This document shows, piece after piece, positions 1 to 9,012 of a DNA stretch of 64,000 bases. How positions within the stretch are numbered: the stretch's first letter is position 1; every line of letters starts with the position of its first letter. The notes under the pieces are model-generated. The model saw nothing but the letters and a program-made list of their open reading frames with translations. It ran no database searches and was not told the origin of the DNA. This stretch comes from an uncultured Candidatus Binatia bacterium (GTDB lineage Bacteria; Desulfobacterota; Binatia; UBA9968; JAJDTQ01): the NCBI GenBank assembly GCA_965242525.1, contig OZ251459.1, forward strand, positions 2,976,001 through 3,040,000, given 5' to 3'. A program made the position numbers and the translations under genes.

Positions 1-1141
1 CGTAGCGGAAGCCCAGCACCGCCATCATGGCCTGCCACGGCTCCTGCTTGTGGGTCTTCCGCATCTGCACCACCACGAACTGCCGCAGGTTCACCAGGGG
101 CTCGTGCATGCCCACCCGCACCACGCTCTTCAGGTTGCAGTGGTTCCGCAGGTGGTCCAGCACCAGCGACTCCCAGCCCCGGTGCTTGATCTTGCTGCTC
201 TCGCTCGGCGTCACTTGGCTCAGCACGCCCACGTAACGGGGGTTCTTGCGGTGGGTGATGCAGGTGGCCTCGAACACCGGGCTCAGGCTGCGGGGGTCCA
301 TGTACCCGTGGGACTCCCCGAACGGACCCTCGGGCTCCAGCACGTCGGTGCGGACGTAGCCTTCGATGACGATCTCCGCGTGGGCCGGCACCTCCAGGTC
401 CACCGTCTCGCACTTGACGAGCTCCAGCGGCCGGCCCAGGATGGCGCCGGCCACGCCGAGCTCGTCCACCCCGTAGGCGATCTTCTGCACCGCCACGTAG
501 GAGAGGCACGGGACCGCGCCGATGACGCCGGCCGCGGGCAGCGGCTGGCCCAGGGCGTTGGCCTTGTTCCAGTGGACGGCCAGGTCCTGCTGCCCGCTGA
601 TGAGATAGACGCCGGTCCTGGTAGGGGACTTGACTTGGCCCCGGTAGTTGCCCACGTTGCGTATGCCGGTCTCCGGGTCCTTGGTCACCCAGTGGCACGC
701 GGTCAGGTACGGGCCGTTGTCGAAGCCCGGGGTCGAGACGGGGACCGGGAACTCGTCGAGGCCGCCGTGGTCCAGGAGGCCCTTGCCCACGTGGACTTCC
801 TCTTTCACCGGACCAGTGGCCGCCATCTCCGGGGCCAGCGGACTCGCCACCGCCGCGGACCACTTCTCGAAGCTCCTGCCGGGCTCGCACCCCATGCCCA
901 GGGCGTAGATGGCCTCGTTGGAGGCCAGGGCGCCCAGCAGCACCGGCGTTTCGTACCGCCTGCCCTTGGCGTCCACCACGTTCTCGAAGAGGAAAGCCTT
1001 GCGCTGGCGGTCCGGCAACCCCAGGAACTGCCAGCGCACCAGCGGATGCAACTCGGTGTCCTTGTCCACCGGACGGGCCACGCGCACCAGCAGGCCCTGC
1101 CGGTCCAGGAGGTCGATGTACTCCCTGAGGTCCCGGTACAT
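1..1141 (-). CDS. UbiD-family (prFMN-dependent) decarboxylase, 3' end runs off the window
   Basis: Manual minus-strand translation from ATG 1141: MYRDLREYIDLLDRQGLL..., with TKDPETGIRNVGNYR, VPAHAEIVIEG and EGPFGE, all typical UbiD motifs. Missing from the ORF track because no stop lies inside the window. Confidence 0.9.
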   Translation of the reverse strand, partial: MYRDLREYIDLLDRQGLLVRVARPVDKDTELHPLVRWQFLGLPDRQRKAFLFENVVDAKGRRYETPVLLGALASNEAIYALGMGCEPGRSFEKWSAAVASPLAPEMAATGPVKEEVHVGKGLLDHGGLDEFPVPVSTPGFDNGPYLTACHWVTKDPETGIRNVGNYRGQVKSPTRTGVYLISGQQDLAVHWNKANALGQPLPAAGVIGAVPCLSYVAVQKIAYGVDELGVAGAILGRPLELVKCETVDLEVPAHAEIVIEGYVRTDVLEPEGPFGESHGYMDPRSLSPVFEATCITHRKNPRYVGVLSQVTPSESSKIKHRGWESLVLDHLRNHCNLKSVVRVGMHEPLVNLRQFVVVQMRKTHKQEPWQAMMAVLGFRY

Positions 1142-1155
1142 GCCGAAACCCTCGC

Positions 1156-1935
1156 TCAACGGCCCCGGAACCGGGGCTTGCGCTTGTCGCGGAAGGCCGC
1201 GGGTCCTTCCCGGGCGTCCTCGGTGCCGCCCACCATGGCGCGGAACCCGGCCTCGAAGCGGATGGCGTCCGCAAGCGGCAGGTCCAGACCCCGCAGCACC
1301 ACCTCCTTGACCGCCTGGATGGCCAGCGGCGGGCCGTCGGCAATGGACCGGGCCAAGTCCCCGGCCGCGGCCATCAGCTCGTCCCCGGGCACCACCCGGT
1401 TCACCAGGCCGCACCGGAAGGCTTCGTCCGCGGAGATGGACGCGCCGGTGTAGAGCATCTCCAGGGCCATGCCCAACGGCAGGATGCGGGGCAGCCGCAC
1501 GGTCCCCGAGCTGCCGGGGAAGAACCCCCGCCGGATCTCCGGCAGGCCGAAGGTGGCGTCCTCGCTGCAAATGCGGATGTCGCAGGACAGGGCGATCTCG
1601 AAGCCCCCGGCCAGGCAGTACCCCTGCACCGCGGCGATCATGGGCTTCCACACCGGCTCCCGGCGCCCGGGGTCCCGGGCCAGCGCCGACGACCAGAAGT
1701 CCCGCGCCCGGGGGTCGCCGGCCTCCGCCCGCTCCTTCAGGTCCATGCCGGTGGAGAACGCCCTGCCGCCCACGCCGCTCACCACCGCCGCCCGAAGGTC
1801 CGCGTCCGCGGCGAATTCGTCCCACACCCGCCCCAGCTCGCCCCACATCTCCTCGTTCATGGCGTTGAGCTTGTCGGGCCGGTTCAGGGTGATGAACGCG
1901 ACGCCGTCCCTGCGGTCGAGGTCAACCTGGGACAT
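1156..1935 (-). CDS. Enoyl-CoA hydratase/isomerase (crotonase family)
   Basis: ITLNRPDKLNAM, AFSTGMDL, KPMIAAVQGYCLAGGFE, FGLPE, AFRDKRKPRF. Confidence 0.92.
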   Translation of the reverse strand: MSQVDLDRRDGVAFITLNRPDKLNAMNEEMWGELGRVWDEFAADADLRAAVVSGVGGRAFSTGMDLKERAEAGDPRARDFWSSALARDPGRREPVWKPMIAAVQGYCLAGGFEIALSCDIRICSEDATFGLPEIRRGFFPGSSGTVRLPRILPLGMALEMLYTGASISADEAFRCGLVNRVVPGDELMAAAGDLARSIADGPPLAIQAVKEVVLRGLDLPLADAIRFEAGFRAMVGGTEDAREGPAAFRDKRKPRFRGR

Positions 1936-1986
1936 CAAGTACCGGCCCTCCAAGCGTCAACGCGCCAAAGGGTTCGATCATCAGGC

Positions 1987-2046
1987 TCATACAGGTCGGA
2001 AGCGAACGATGTAGCGTGCCAAGACGTTGGTATCGAGACCGATCAT
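1987..2046 (-). pseudogene. Truncated VapC/PIN toxin stub (19 aa)
   Basis: MIGLDTNVLARYIVRFRPV* starts 4 bp after the AbrB antitoxin; DTNVL is the PIN N-terminal motif. Confidence 0.7.
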
Positions 2047-2050
2047 CCGG

Positions 2051-2290
2051 TCACCGCCCGCGCGTGACCGCCCTCGCAATGGCCTCGTCCATTGCTTCGA
2101 GGCTGACCGGGGATTCGGGTTTCGGCGCCATGCCCTTGAGTTGCGTAACGGATGCCGTGACGGGGGTGATCCGCAAGCTGCCGTCTTCTTCCAGCACGAA
2201 GTCGACCTTGTCGCCCGGCCTGAGACGCAGCTTGTCCCGAATCGGCTTGGGGAAGGTCACCTGCCCCTTGCTGGTCATTGTCGCTTGCAT
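2051..2290 (-). CDS. AbrB/MazE/SpoVT-family antitoxin
   Basis: ATMTSKGQVTFPKPIRDKLRLRPGDKVDF. Confidence 0.88.
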   Translation of the reverse strand: MQATMTSKGQVTFPKPIRDKLRLRPGDKVDFVLEEDGSLRITPVTASVTQLKGMAPKPESPVSLEAMDEAIARAVTRGR

Positions 2291-2388
2291 TACTTTTACC
2301 TCAAAGGCTTACCTTAGCGTAAGGCAATGTCAGGGCGGATTCAAATGGCGCTTCAGGAATTCGTGTGGGTTGCGACACTCCCTATCCC

Positions 2389-2529
2389 GTCATTCCCGCG
2401 AAAGCGGGAATCCAGACCTTGCGAGCAAACCCCATGTATCCCTGTATGAGATGTTTGTACAACGAGAGCGAGGAAAGTGGATGGATTCCCGCCCCCGCTT
2501 CCGCGAGGACATGCTTTCGCGGGAATGAC
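2389..2529. repeat. REP-like family A doublet (GTCATTCCCGCGAAAGCGGGAATCCA plus inverted copy)
   Basis: Palindromic ATTCCC-N8-GGGAAT core; same unit at about 11822, 19710-19890 and 57035. Confidence 0.85.
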
Positions 2530-2595
2530 GGGGTGGGCGTTTGCGGAGCAATGACGGCCTGACCTCTGTCCTTCCCCTTTCCCTCCTGCCTTTCC

Positions 2596-2616
2596 CACAC
2601 GAAAGCCGGAAGAGCC
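2596..2616 (-). repeat. Solo IS-end-like motif GGCTCTTCCGGCTTTCGTGTG
   Basis: Identical 21-mer at 13744 (+) and 47492-47512 (-). Confidence 0.7.
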
Positions 2617-2857
2617 GCAAACGATCTCGAACCCGGTCAAGTCTCGTTCCTGGTCCTCGGTCTCTTCGGCGGGGTCCATTTCGAGATCGTCGGAATCAAG
2701 CCTTGTCGTCATCTGTGAGGTCCTTCCCTTCGCGTCCTTCGACTTCGCTTTGCCATGCTCGGGACGAACGGGACAATCGTTCGGAGTTGCCCGGCGCCGC
2801 TGGCGAGGAACCGTTGCCGTGGCACGCCCTCGGAGGCCATGCTCGCCGGAAAGGCCG

Positions 2858-3721
2858 CTACTCGATGAACTGGGCCAGGGTCTCGCCCCAGATTTGGCGG
2901 GTCACTTCCAGGCCGATCCTGCCCTGGACGATTTGCTGGATGCGGGTCTCGTCGATGGGGTGGCTGAACTGCTCGTTGCGCATGCGGAGGCGCTGCACGC
3001 CCCGCTCCACCATCAGCTCCCTGGCGCCGTCCACCGCCTCCTGGGTGTCGAAGGCGCCGGCGATCTGATAGACGTTGGCGGGGCCGTGGCCCCGCTCGTC
3101 GTCCAGCACCACCGTGAAGGCCCTGGCCAAGCGGTCGTTGAGTTCGCTGCCTCCGAGTTGGGTGGCGGCGTAGAACAGGCCGCAACTGCCGCCTTCGAGC
3201 AGGCCTTGTGAGTTGACCAGACGCGCCCAGGGCTCGGGCCGCGCCTCCTGTTCCCGGAAGACCTCGGCCAGCCGCACCCATTCCTTCATGTCGGGAAGCG
3301 TGGGGTCGGGGTTCCAGCGGTTGTAGCGGCGCACGACTTCCTTGATGTCCACGGTCTCGCCCGTCAGCCATTCGATGATATCGACGCACAGGTTGCCGTG
3401 GTTGAGCTCCTGCTTGGTGCGGTAGAGGTTTTCCTCCAGCCACTGCCGGTCCACGTCGCCGGTCCACTCATCGACCCAGTACCGGTCCGACCTTCCCAGG
3501 CCGCCGCCGAACTTCTCGACGATCTCCTTGAGGGCCGTGAACGTGGCCTCGATCTCCCGGCCCGCCTGCCTGGTGAGCCACGCCACCTCCTTGTCGCGGT
3601 CCCGCCGGTCCCACTCGAAGTAGGTCCGGGCGATCTCCGCTTCGCCCGCGGCGAAGATGGCCGCTACCCGGGCCAACTCCCGGGTGGCCCGTTCCGTCAA
3701 ACCGTTCCCTGCGTCGCTCAT
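2858..3721 (-). CDS. Ferritin-like (diiron four-helix bundle) domain protein
   Basis: Paired E...ExxH motifs: AGEAE/QELNHG and LLEGG/DDERGHG. Confidence 0.65.
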   Translation of the reverse strand: MSDAGNGLTERATRELARVAAIFAAGEAEIARTYFEWDRRDRDKEVAWLTRQAGREIEATFTALKEIVEKFGGGLGRSDRYWVDEWTGDVDRQWLEENLYRTKQELNHGNLCVDIIEWLTGETVDIKEVVRRYNRWNPDPTLPDMKEWVRLAEVFREQEARPEPWARLVNSQGLLEGGSCGLFYAATQLGGSELNDRLARAFTVVLDDERGHGPANVYQIAGAFDTQEAVDGARELMVERGVQRLRMRNEQFSHPIDETRIQQIVQGRIGLEVTRQIWGETLAQFIE

Positions 3722-3856
3722 GGCGTGTCTCCTGTCATCCGGTCCCCTCCGGTCCCGTGTCGTCGGCCGAACCCGGTCCCCGTCCCGGAGGAAGCCGTAT
3801 CCCGGAGGAAAAGGGCCGGGAACGGGCCGGGAGGGACGCTCCGGGAGGGCGCGCGC

Positions 3857-4855
3857 CTACCCGCGGGAGCGGGCGAGCTTCCATTCCTCGCCGCGGACCG
3901 TCTCGTGGAAGAGATCGTCCACGTCCGGCTCCCGCTTTATCATGCCCTGTTCACGGGAGTAGCGCGCCAAGGTCCCCACGTTGTTGCGGTTGGCGTCGTT
4001 GAGCCCGTAGATCCACGGGTCCGCGCCGAGCAGCTCCAGTTGCTCCTCCCAGGAGTCCCGGAAGAACGCCAGCGGCACGACCCGGGGGTTGTCCATCCTC
4101 CGGTAGGCCGCCTGCTTGGACTTCTCGAAGGCCACCATCATGTTCATGGGAACCCACGGGTGCCTGTCCACGATCTCCCGCCGGATGACGGTGGTGTGCA
4201 TGATGGGGAAGATCCCGGTGCGGCGGAAGTAGTCCAGCTCTACAGTCTTGGGGTCGTCGAACAGGCGCTTGACCCGGGCGTCCCCGTCCAGGACCGGCGA
4301 CAGGACGTCCGGGTGGATGACCGCGTCCAGCTCGCCCTCCGCCAGCATCTCCTCCACGCGCTTCCCCTTGGGGAGGCGCTCCATCCGGAGGCCGTCGGGC
4401 GGATCGAAGGGCACGTCCTCTTCTTTCTCGGAGCGCCACTCCATGTCCTTGAACGACACGCCGTACTCGTCCTCCAGGATGCCGCGGATCCACAGCAGCG
4501 CGGTGGCCTGCCAGTTCTTGAGCCCCACGGTCTTGCCCGCGAGGTCCCTGGGCTCCCGGATGCCCTTGTGGGCGTTGATGAAGACGAAACCGTGGCGGAA
4601 CCGGCGGTGGAGGAACACCGGGATGGCGGTGAGGTCGTCCGCCTCGCCCCTGTCCCTGGCCAGCAGGTACGACGAGCACGACTGCTCGGCCACGTCGAAC
4701 TCGCGGAAACGCGACACCCGCCAGTGGCGCGTGGACGAGTCCATGTCCGTCAGCACGGTGAGCTCGATGCCGTCCGGCTGGACCGTCCCCTCCTTGAGGG
4801 CGCGGATGCTCTCGTAGTCGCCGCAAGCCAGCGTCAGGTGAAGCTTCTCGGCCAT
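3857..4855 (-). CDS. 4,5-dihydroxyphthalate decarboxylase-like protein (substrate-binding-protein fold)
   Basis: LTLACGDYE, FDVAEQS, AIPVFLHRRFRH, YFRRTGIFPIMH, DPWIYG. Confidence 0.8.
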   Translation of the reverse strand: MAEKLHLTLACGDYESIRALKEGTVQPDGIELTVLTDMDSSTRHWRVSRFREFDVAEQSCSSYLLARDRGEADDLTAIPVFLHRRFRHGFVFINAHKGIREPRDLAGKTVGLKNWQATALLWIRGILEDEYGVSFKDMEWRSEKEEDVPFDPPDGLRMERLPKGKRVEEMLAEGELDAVIHPDVLSPVLDGDARVKRLFDDPKTVELDYFRRTGIFPIMHTTVIRREIVDRHPWVPMNMMVAFEKSKQAAYRRMDNPRVVPLAFFRDSWEEQLELLGADPWIYGLNDANRNNVGTLARYSREQGMIKREPDVDDLFHETVRGEEWKLARSRG

Positions 4856-4952
4856 TTCTCCCTCCGAATTCCACGGCCACGGGCAAGCGCGGGCGCCCGG
4901 TGGCGTCCCGGGTCCCGGACCCCCGGCCCCGTCAGCCCGGGTCCCGGCCCCG

Positions 4953-5654
4953 TCAGTCGATGGCGAGCCGCTTGGCCCGCCGCACGAAGTAGTCCCACAT
5001 GCTGCCCAGCCGGTGCGGGGTGTAGATCTGCTCGTACTTCTCGCGCGCTTCGTCGTCGCTGCTCCAGGTGGGGTCGCCCGAAGCGCTGGCGAGGAGCTGG
5101 ATGCGGCACGCCTTCTCCAGGAATATGGCGTAGAGGGTCGCGGTCTCCACCGATTCGGCCACCACGGTGGAGCCGTGGTTCTTCATCAGCACGGCCCGGT
5201 GCCGGTCCAGCTTCCGGGCCACCTCCACACCCAGTTCCGGCGTGCGGACCAGCACCGTGGTGTAGTCGAAGAGCGGCAGCCCCTCGCTGAAGATGGACCC
5301 CTCGTGGCTCACGGGCCGCAGCTTCTGCCGCAGGGAGCCGAAGGCGGTGGCGTAGGGCGGGTGCGAGTGGATGACGCAGTGGACGTCCGGGCGGGCGCGG
5401 TAGATCTCGGTGTGGATGAAGACCTCGGAGTGGCGCTCGTAGTCGCCTTCCACCTTGTTGCCGTCGAAATCCACCTTGATGATGTGGTACGGGCGGATCT
5501 CCTCGAAGCCGTAGCTGTGGGGCTTCATCAACATGGCCTCCTCGCCCGGCACCCGGGCCGACACGTGCCCCAGGATGTGGTCCCAGTGCCCTTCGAAGGC
5601 CAGGATGTTGCACGAGACGGCTACCTTGTCCCTCAGCGTTACCAGGTCGTCCAT
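4953..5654 (-). CDS. Class II aldolase/adducin-family protein
   Basis: GHVSAR, HSEVFIHTEIYRARPDVHCVIHSH, LMKNHG; start MDDLVTLR at 5654. Confidence 0.9.
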   Translation of the reverse strand: MDDLVTLRDKVAVSCNILAFEGHWDHILGHVSARVPGEEAMLMKPHSYGFEEIRPYHIIKVDFDGNKVEGDYERHSEVFIHTEIYRARPDVHCVIHSHPPYATAFGSLRQKLRPVSHEGSIFSEGLPLFDYTTVLVRTPELGVEVARKLDRHRAVLMKNHGSTVVAESVETATLYAIFLEKACRIQLLASASGDPTWSSDDEAREKYEQIYTPHRLGSMWDYFVRRAKRLAID

Positions 5655-5677
5655 GAAACCCCCCGATCGCAATCCGC

Positions 5678-7231
5678 TCAACCGGCTTCCCTGAGCCGGA
5701 ACCTCTGTATCTTGCCGGTCTCGGTCTTGGGCAGGTCGTCCACGAACTCCACCCAGCGCGGGTACTTGTAAGGCTCCAGCCTGTCCTTGACGAACTCCTG
5801 CAACTCCCGGCCCAGGTCGCCGTCGGCGCCCCCGCGGTCCGCCTTGGGGACCACGTACGCCTTGGGCTTCACCAGCCCGTCGCCGTCCGCGGCGCCGGCC
5901 ACCGCGGCTTCGAGCACCGCGGGATGCTCCATCAGGGCGTTCTCCACCTCGATGGGGGAGACCCACAGCCCGCCCACCTTGAGCATGTCGTCGGAGCGGC
6001 CGCAGTACCAGAAATAGCCTTCGTCGTCCCGGTAGTAGGTGTCGCCGGTCTTGAGCCACTCGCCGACCATGGTGCGCTTGGTCTGCTCGTGCTTGTTCCA
6101 GTAGCAGGGCGCGGTGGCGTCGCCGCTCACGTACAGGTTCCCCACCTGGCCGTTGGGCACTTCCCGCCCCTCGTCGTCCACCACCTTGGCGACGAAGGCC
6201 GGCGTCACCTCGCCGCTGCTCCCGGGCCTGGCCCGCCCGGGACGGTTGGCGAGGAAGTCGTGGGTGGCCTCGGTGGAGCCCACCACGTCCAGCAGCTCCA
6301 CGCCCGCCTTCTCCCGCCACTGGTGGAACAGGGCGGGCGGCAGCGGCTCCCCCGACGACAGGCACACCCGGAGGGAGCTCAAGTCGTACTCCCGCTCCAC
6401 CCGCAGCATCCGGGCATAGAGCGTAGGCACCGAGAAGAAGAACGTGGGGCGGTAGCGCTCGATGGTCCGCAGCACCTTCTCCGGCTCCGGCCGTTCGGGC
6501 CACAGCACGCCCGCGGCGCCGAACCGGAACGGGAAGTAGAGGGAATTGCCCAGCCCGTAGGAAAAGAACAGCTTGGAGGCCGAGAAGCAGACGTCGTCCT
6601 CGGTCATGCCCAGAACGGGCTTCACGAACAGGTCCGTGATGGTGACGAGGTCGTGCTGGAGGTGGACGGCGCCCTTGGGTTCGCCGGTGCTGCCCGAGGT
6701 GTAGTTCCACATGACCACGTCGTCGCGCCCCGTGGCCTCGGCTTCGAGCTCCGGGGACTGGCCTTGCAGCAGCGCCTCCCAATCCTCGGTCCCGTGCCCG
6801 GGGGTCCCCACCGACACCACGCGGCGCAGGTGGCGCCGCCCGCGGCGGACGGCCTCGACCTCCGGCAGCGCGGACTCGTGCACCACCGCGATGCGGGCCC
6901 GGCTGTCGTCGAGCAGGTACTCGTAGCTCCGGGCCTTCATCCAAGGGTTCACCGGGATGGGGACGGCGCCGACCTTGATGGCGCCGAAGAAGCTGAAGGC
7001 GAACTCGGGGCAGTCGGGAAGCACCAGCAGCACCCGCTGCTCCAGGTCCAGACCCAGGGCGCGGAACGCGTTCCCCGCCCGGTTGACCGCTTCCTGGACC
7101 TGCCGGTAGGTGAACCGCCGGTCCTCATAGAAGATCGCGGTGCGCTCGCCGCGGCCCCCGGCCACCACGTCGTCCACGAACGTAGTGGCGGCGTTGTAGG
7201 GGTCCGGCAGTTCGAGTCGTGGAGCGCTCAT
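5678..7231 (-). CDS. Benzoate-CoA ligase family protein
   Basis: YNAA N-terminus, YTSGSTGEPKG, SKLFFSYGLGNSLYFP, GSTE, GRSDDMLKVGG, LPKTETGKIQRF. Confidence 0.9.
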   Translation of the reverse strand: MSAPRLELPDPYNAATTFVDDVVAGGRGERTAIFYEDRRFTYRQVQEAVNRAGNAFRALGLDLEQRVLLVLPDCPEFAFSFFGAIKVGAVPIPVNPWMKARSYEYLLDDSRARIAVVHESALPEVEAVRRGRRHLRRVVSVGTPGHGTEDWEALLQGQSPELEAEATGRDDVVMWNYTSGSTGEPKGAVHLQHDLVTITDLFVKPVLGMTEDDVCFSASKLFFSYGLGNSLYFPFRFGAAGVLWPERPEPEKVLRTIERYRPTFFFSVPTLYARMLRVEREYDLSSLRVCLSSGEPLPPALFHQWREKAGVELLDVVGSTEATHDFLANRPGRARPGSSGEVTPAFVAKVVDDEGREVPNGQVGNLYVSGDATAPCYWNKHEQTKRTMVGEWLKTGDTYYRDDEGYFWYCGRSDDMLKVGGLWVSPIEVENALMEHPAVLEAAVAGAADGDGLVKPKAYVVPKADRGGADGDLGRELQEFVKDRLEPYKYPRWVEFVDDLPKTETGKIQRFRLREAG

Positions 7232-7236
7232 GCTCG

Positions 7237-7340
7237 GGGAACCTCTGGTCGATCCTGGCTGAGTGCTTTTCCCGTGGGAAAGCGCGTCCTTCGACTTCGC
7301 TACGCTCAGGACGAACGGGTCAATCGTCCAGGGTTTTCCC
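7237..7340. mobile_element. MITE/REP family B copy
   Basis: Core GCGTCCTTCGACTTCGCTACGCTCAGGACGAACGG between imperfect inverted ends (GGGGAACCTCTGG ... CCAGGGTTTTCCC). Confidence 0.7.
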
Positions 7341-7380
7341 AAGCATTGCGCCCGGCCGGCGCCCCGGCGCGTGCTCCGGG

Positions 7381-8838
7381 CTATTCGCCTCCGACCATCT
7401 CCGACCGTTGCTCGGTGGCCACCACCACGGACTTGACCTCGCTGTAGTGCTCCACGGCCTCGTTGCCGTGCTCCTTGCCCACGCCGCTCTGCTTCACCCC
7501 GCCGAAGGGAAGCTCGTCGTAGATGATCTGCGCGGAGTTGACCCAGGTGTATCCCGCGTCGAGCTTCTCGGCCGCGTACAGGGCCTGGTCGATGTCCTGG
7601 GTCCACACCGAGGAGCCCAGGCCGAAGATGGAGTCGTTGGCCTTGGTCAGGGCCTCGTCCAGGTCCTTGACCCGCACCACCGGCAGGGCGGGGCCGAAGA
7701 CCTCGTCGGCGAGCAGCTTGGACGCGGGGTCCACGTCCACCACGATGGCCGGGTTCAGGAAGAAGCCCTTGTCGTAGTCGCCGCCGGTGGGCCGGTCGCC
7801 GCCCACCAGCACCCTGGCGCCGCGCTGCACCGCGTCCGCCACCTGCTCCTCCACTTCCTCGCGCTGGGCCTTGGTGTGCAGCGGGCCGAGCATGGTGCCC
7901 CGGGTGAGGCCGTTGCCCACCCGCAGCTTGCGGACCTTCTCCACCAGCTTCTCCACGAACGCGTCGTAGATGCCGTCGAACAGGTAGAGCCGCTTCACCG
8001 CCAGGCACGCCTGGCCGCAGTTGAAGAAGCGGCCCACCGAGGCGGCGCTCACCGCCCGGTCGATGTTGGCGTCGTCGCACACGATCATGGGGTCGCTGCC
8101 GCCCAGCTCCAGGGTGACCCGCTTGACCTCCTGGGAGGCCACCTCCATCACCCGCTTGCCGGTGTCGGTGGCGCCGGTGAAGCCCACCTTGCGGATGACC
8201 GGGTTCTTGAGGATCTCCTCGCCCACCGCCCCCCCCGGCCCGGTGACCATGTTGATGGTCCCCTTGGGGAGGCCGGCCTGTTGCAGGAGCTCCACGCACC
8301 GGGTGGCCGCCAGGGGCGTGGTGCTGGCGGGCTTGACCACCATGGCGTTGCCCGCGAGCAGGGCGGGACCCACCTTGTTGCCCATGAGCGACACCGGGAA
8401 GTTCCACGGCACGATGGCGCCCACCACGCCCATGGGCTTGTTCATGATGAGGCCGTAGCGCCCGTCGTCGAGCTTCACGTAGCCGCCCCGGAGGGTCTTG
8501 GCCATGCCCGCGTAGTGCTCCAGCGTGTGCGCGAAGCGGCGGATCTCCAGCACCGACTCGCGCAGCGCCTTGCCCTGTTCCCGGGTGAGCAGCTCGGTGA
8601 GCTCCTTCTCGTTGTCCAGCACCATGTGCGCGGCCCGGGACAGGCACTCGCCGCGCTTGGGCGGGGACATCCGGGACCAGGCCGCGGCCGCTTCCTGGGC
8701 GGCCGCAACGGCCTTTCGGACGTCCGCCGCGGTGCCCTTGGGGACCGTGTCCACCAGCTCTCCGGTGGCGGGGTTGTGGATGGCGGTGGTCTCGCCGCTC
8801 TCCGTGTCCTGGTACTCGCCGGCAATGAACATCTGCAT
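7381..8838 (-). CDS. Aldehyde dehydrogenase
   Basis: IVPWNFP, FTGAT, LELGG, GQACLA (catalytic Cys), EVFGP, PFGGVKQSG. Confidence 0.95.
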   Translation of the reverse strand: MQMFIAGEYQDTESGETTAIHNPATGELVDTVPKGTAADVRKAVAAAQEAAAAWSRMSPPKRGECLSRAAHMVLDNEKELTELLTREQGKALRESVLEIRRFAHTLEHYAGMAKTLRGGYVKLDDGRYGLIMNKPMGVVGAIVPWNFPVSLMGNKVGPALLAGNAMVVKPASTTPLAATRCVELLQQAGLPKGTINMVTGPGGAVGEEILKNPVIRKVGFTGATDTGKRVMEVASQEVKRVTLELGGSDPMIVCDDANIDRAVSAASVGRFFNCGQACLAVKRLYLFDGIYDAFVEKLVEKVRKLRVGNGLTRGTMLGPLHTKAQREEVEEQVADAVQRGARVLVGGDRPTGGDYDKGFFLNPAIVVDVDPASKLLADEVFGPALPVVRVKDLDEALTKANDSIFGLGSSVWTQDIDQALYAAEKLDAGYTWVNSAQIIYDELPFGGVKQSGVGKEHGNEAVEHYSEVKSVVVATEQRSEMVGGE

Positions 8839-9012
8839 GGAACGAACTCTCCTCGTGGTTTTGGTCGTCAGCCCGCGGGACTTGGCCGGAACTTGCTTCG
8901 GAACGGGTCGAAAGGGTCCGTTCGACGGCGCGTTTCGTCGGTCGAAGGCCGAGGCGCAATCAACCACGTTCGCGGAACCGTGTCAAGGAACGCGGACCGC
9001 CCGGCCCCGGCG

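Noticed and set aside
50-1453. 467-aa plus-strand ORF and similar long ORFs (7219-10272, 26504-28384, 49615-52143, 52592-55402, 55700-58276)
   Set aside because: Antisense shadows of real high-GC genes, with no protein motifs
5678-8959. Apparent 1093-aa CoA ligase fusion
   Set aside because: The N-terminal half is an off-frame read of the ALDH gene and a MITE; the ligase starts at 7231
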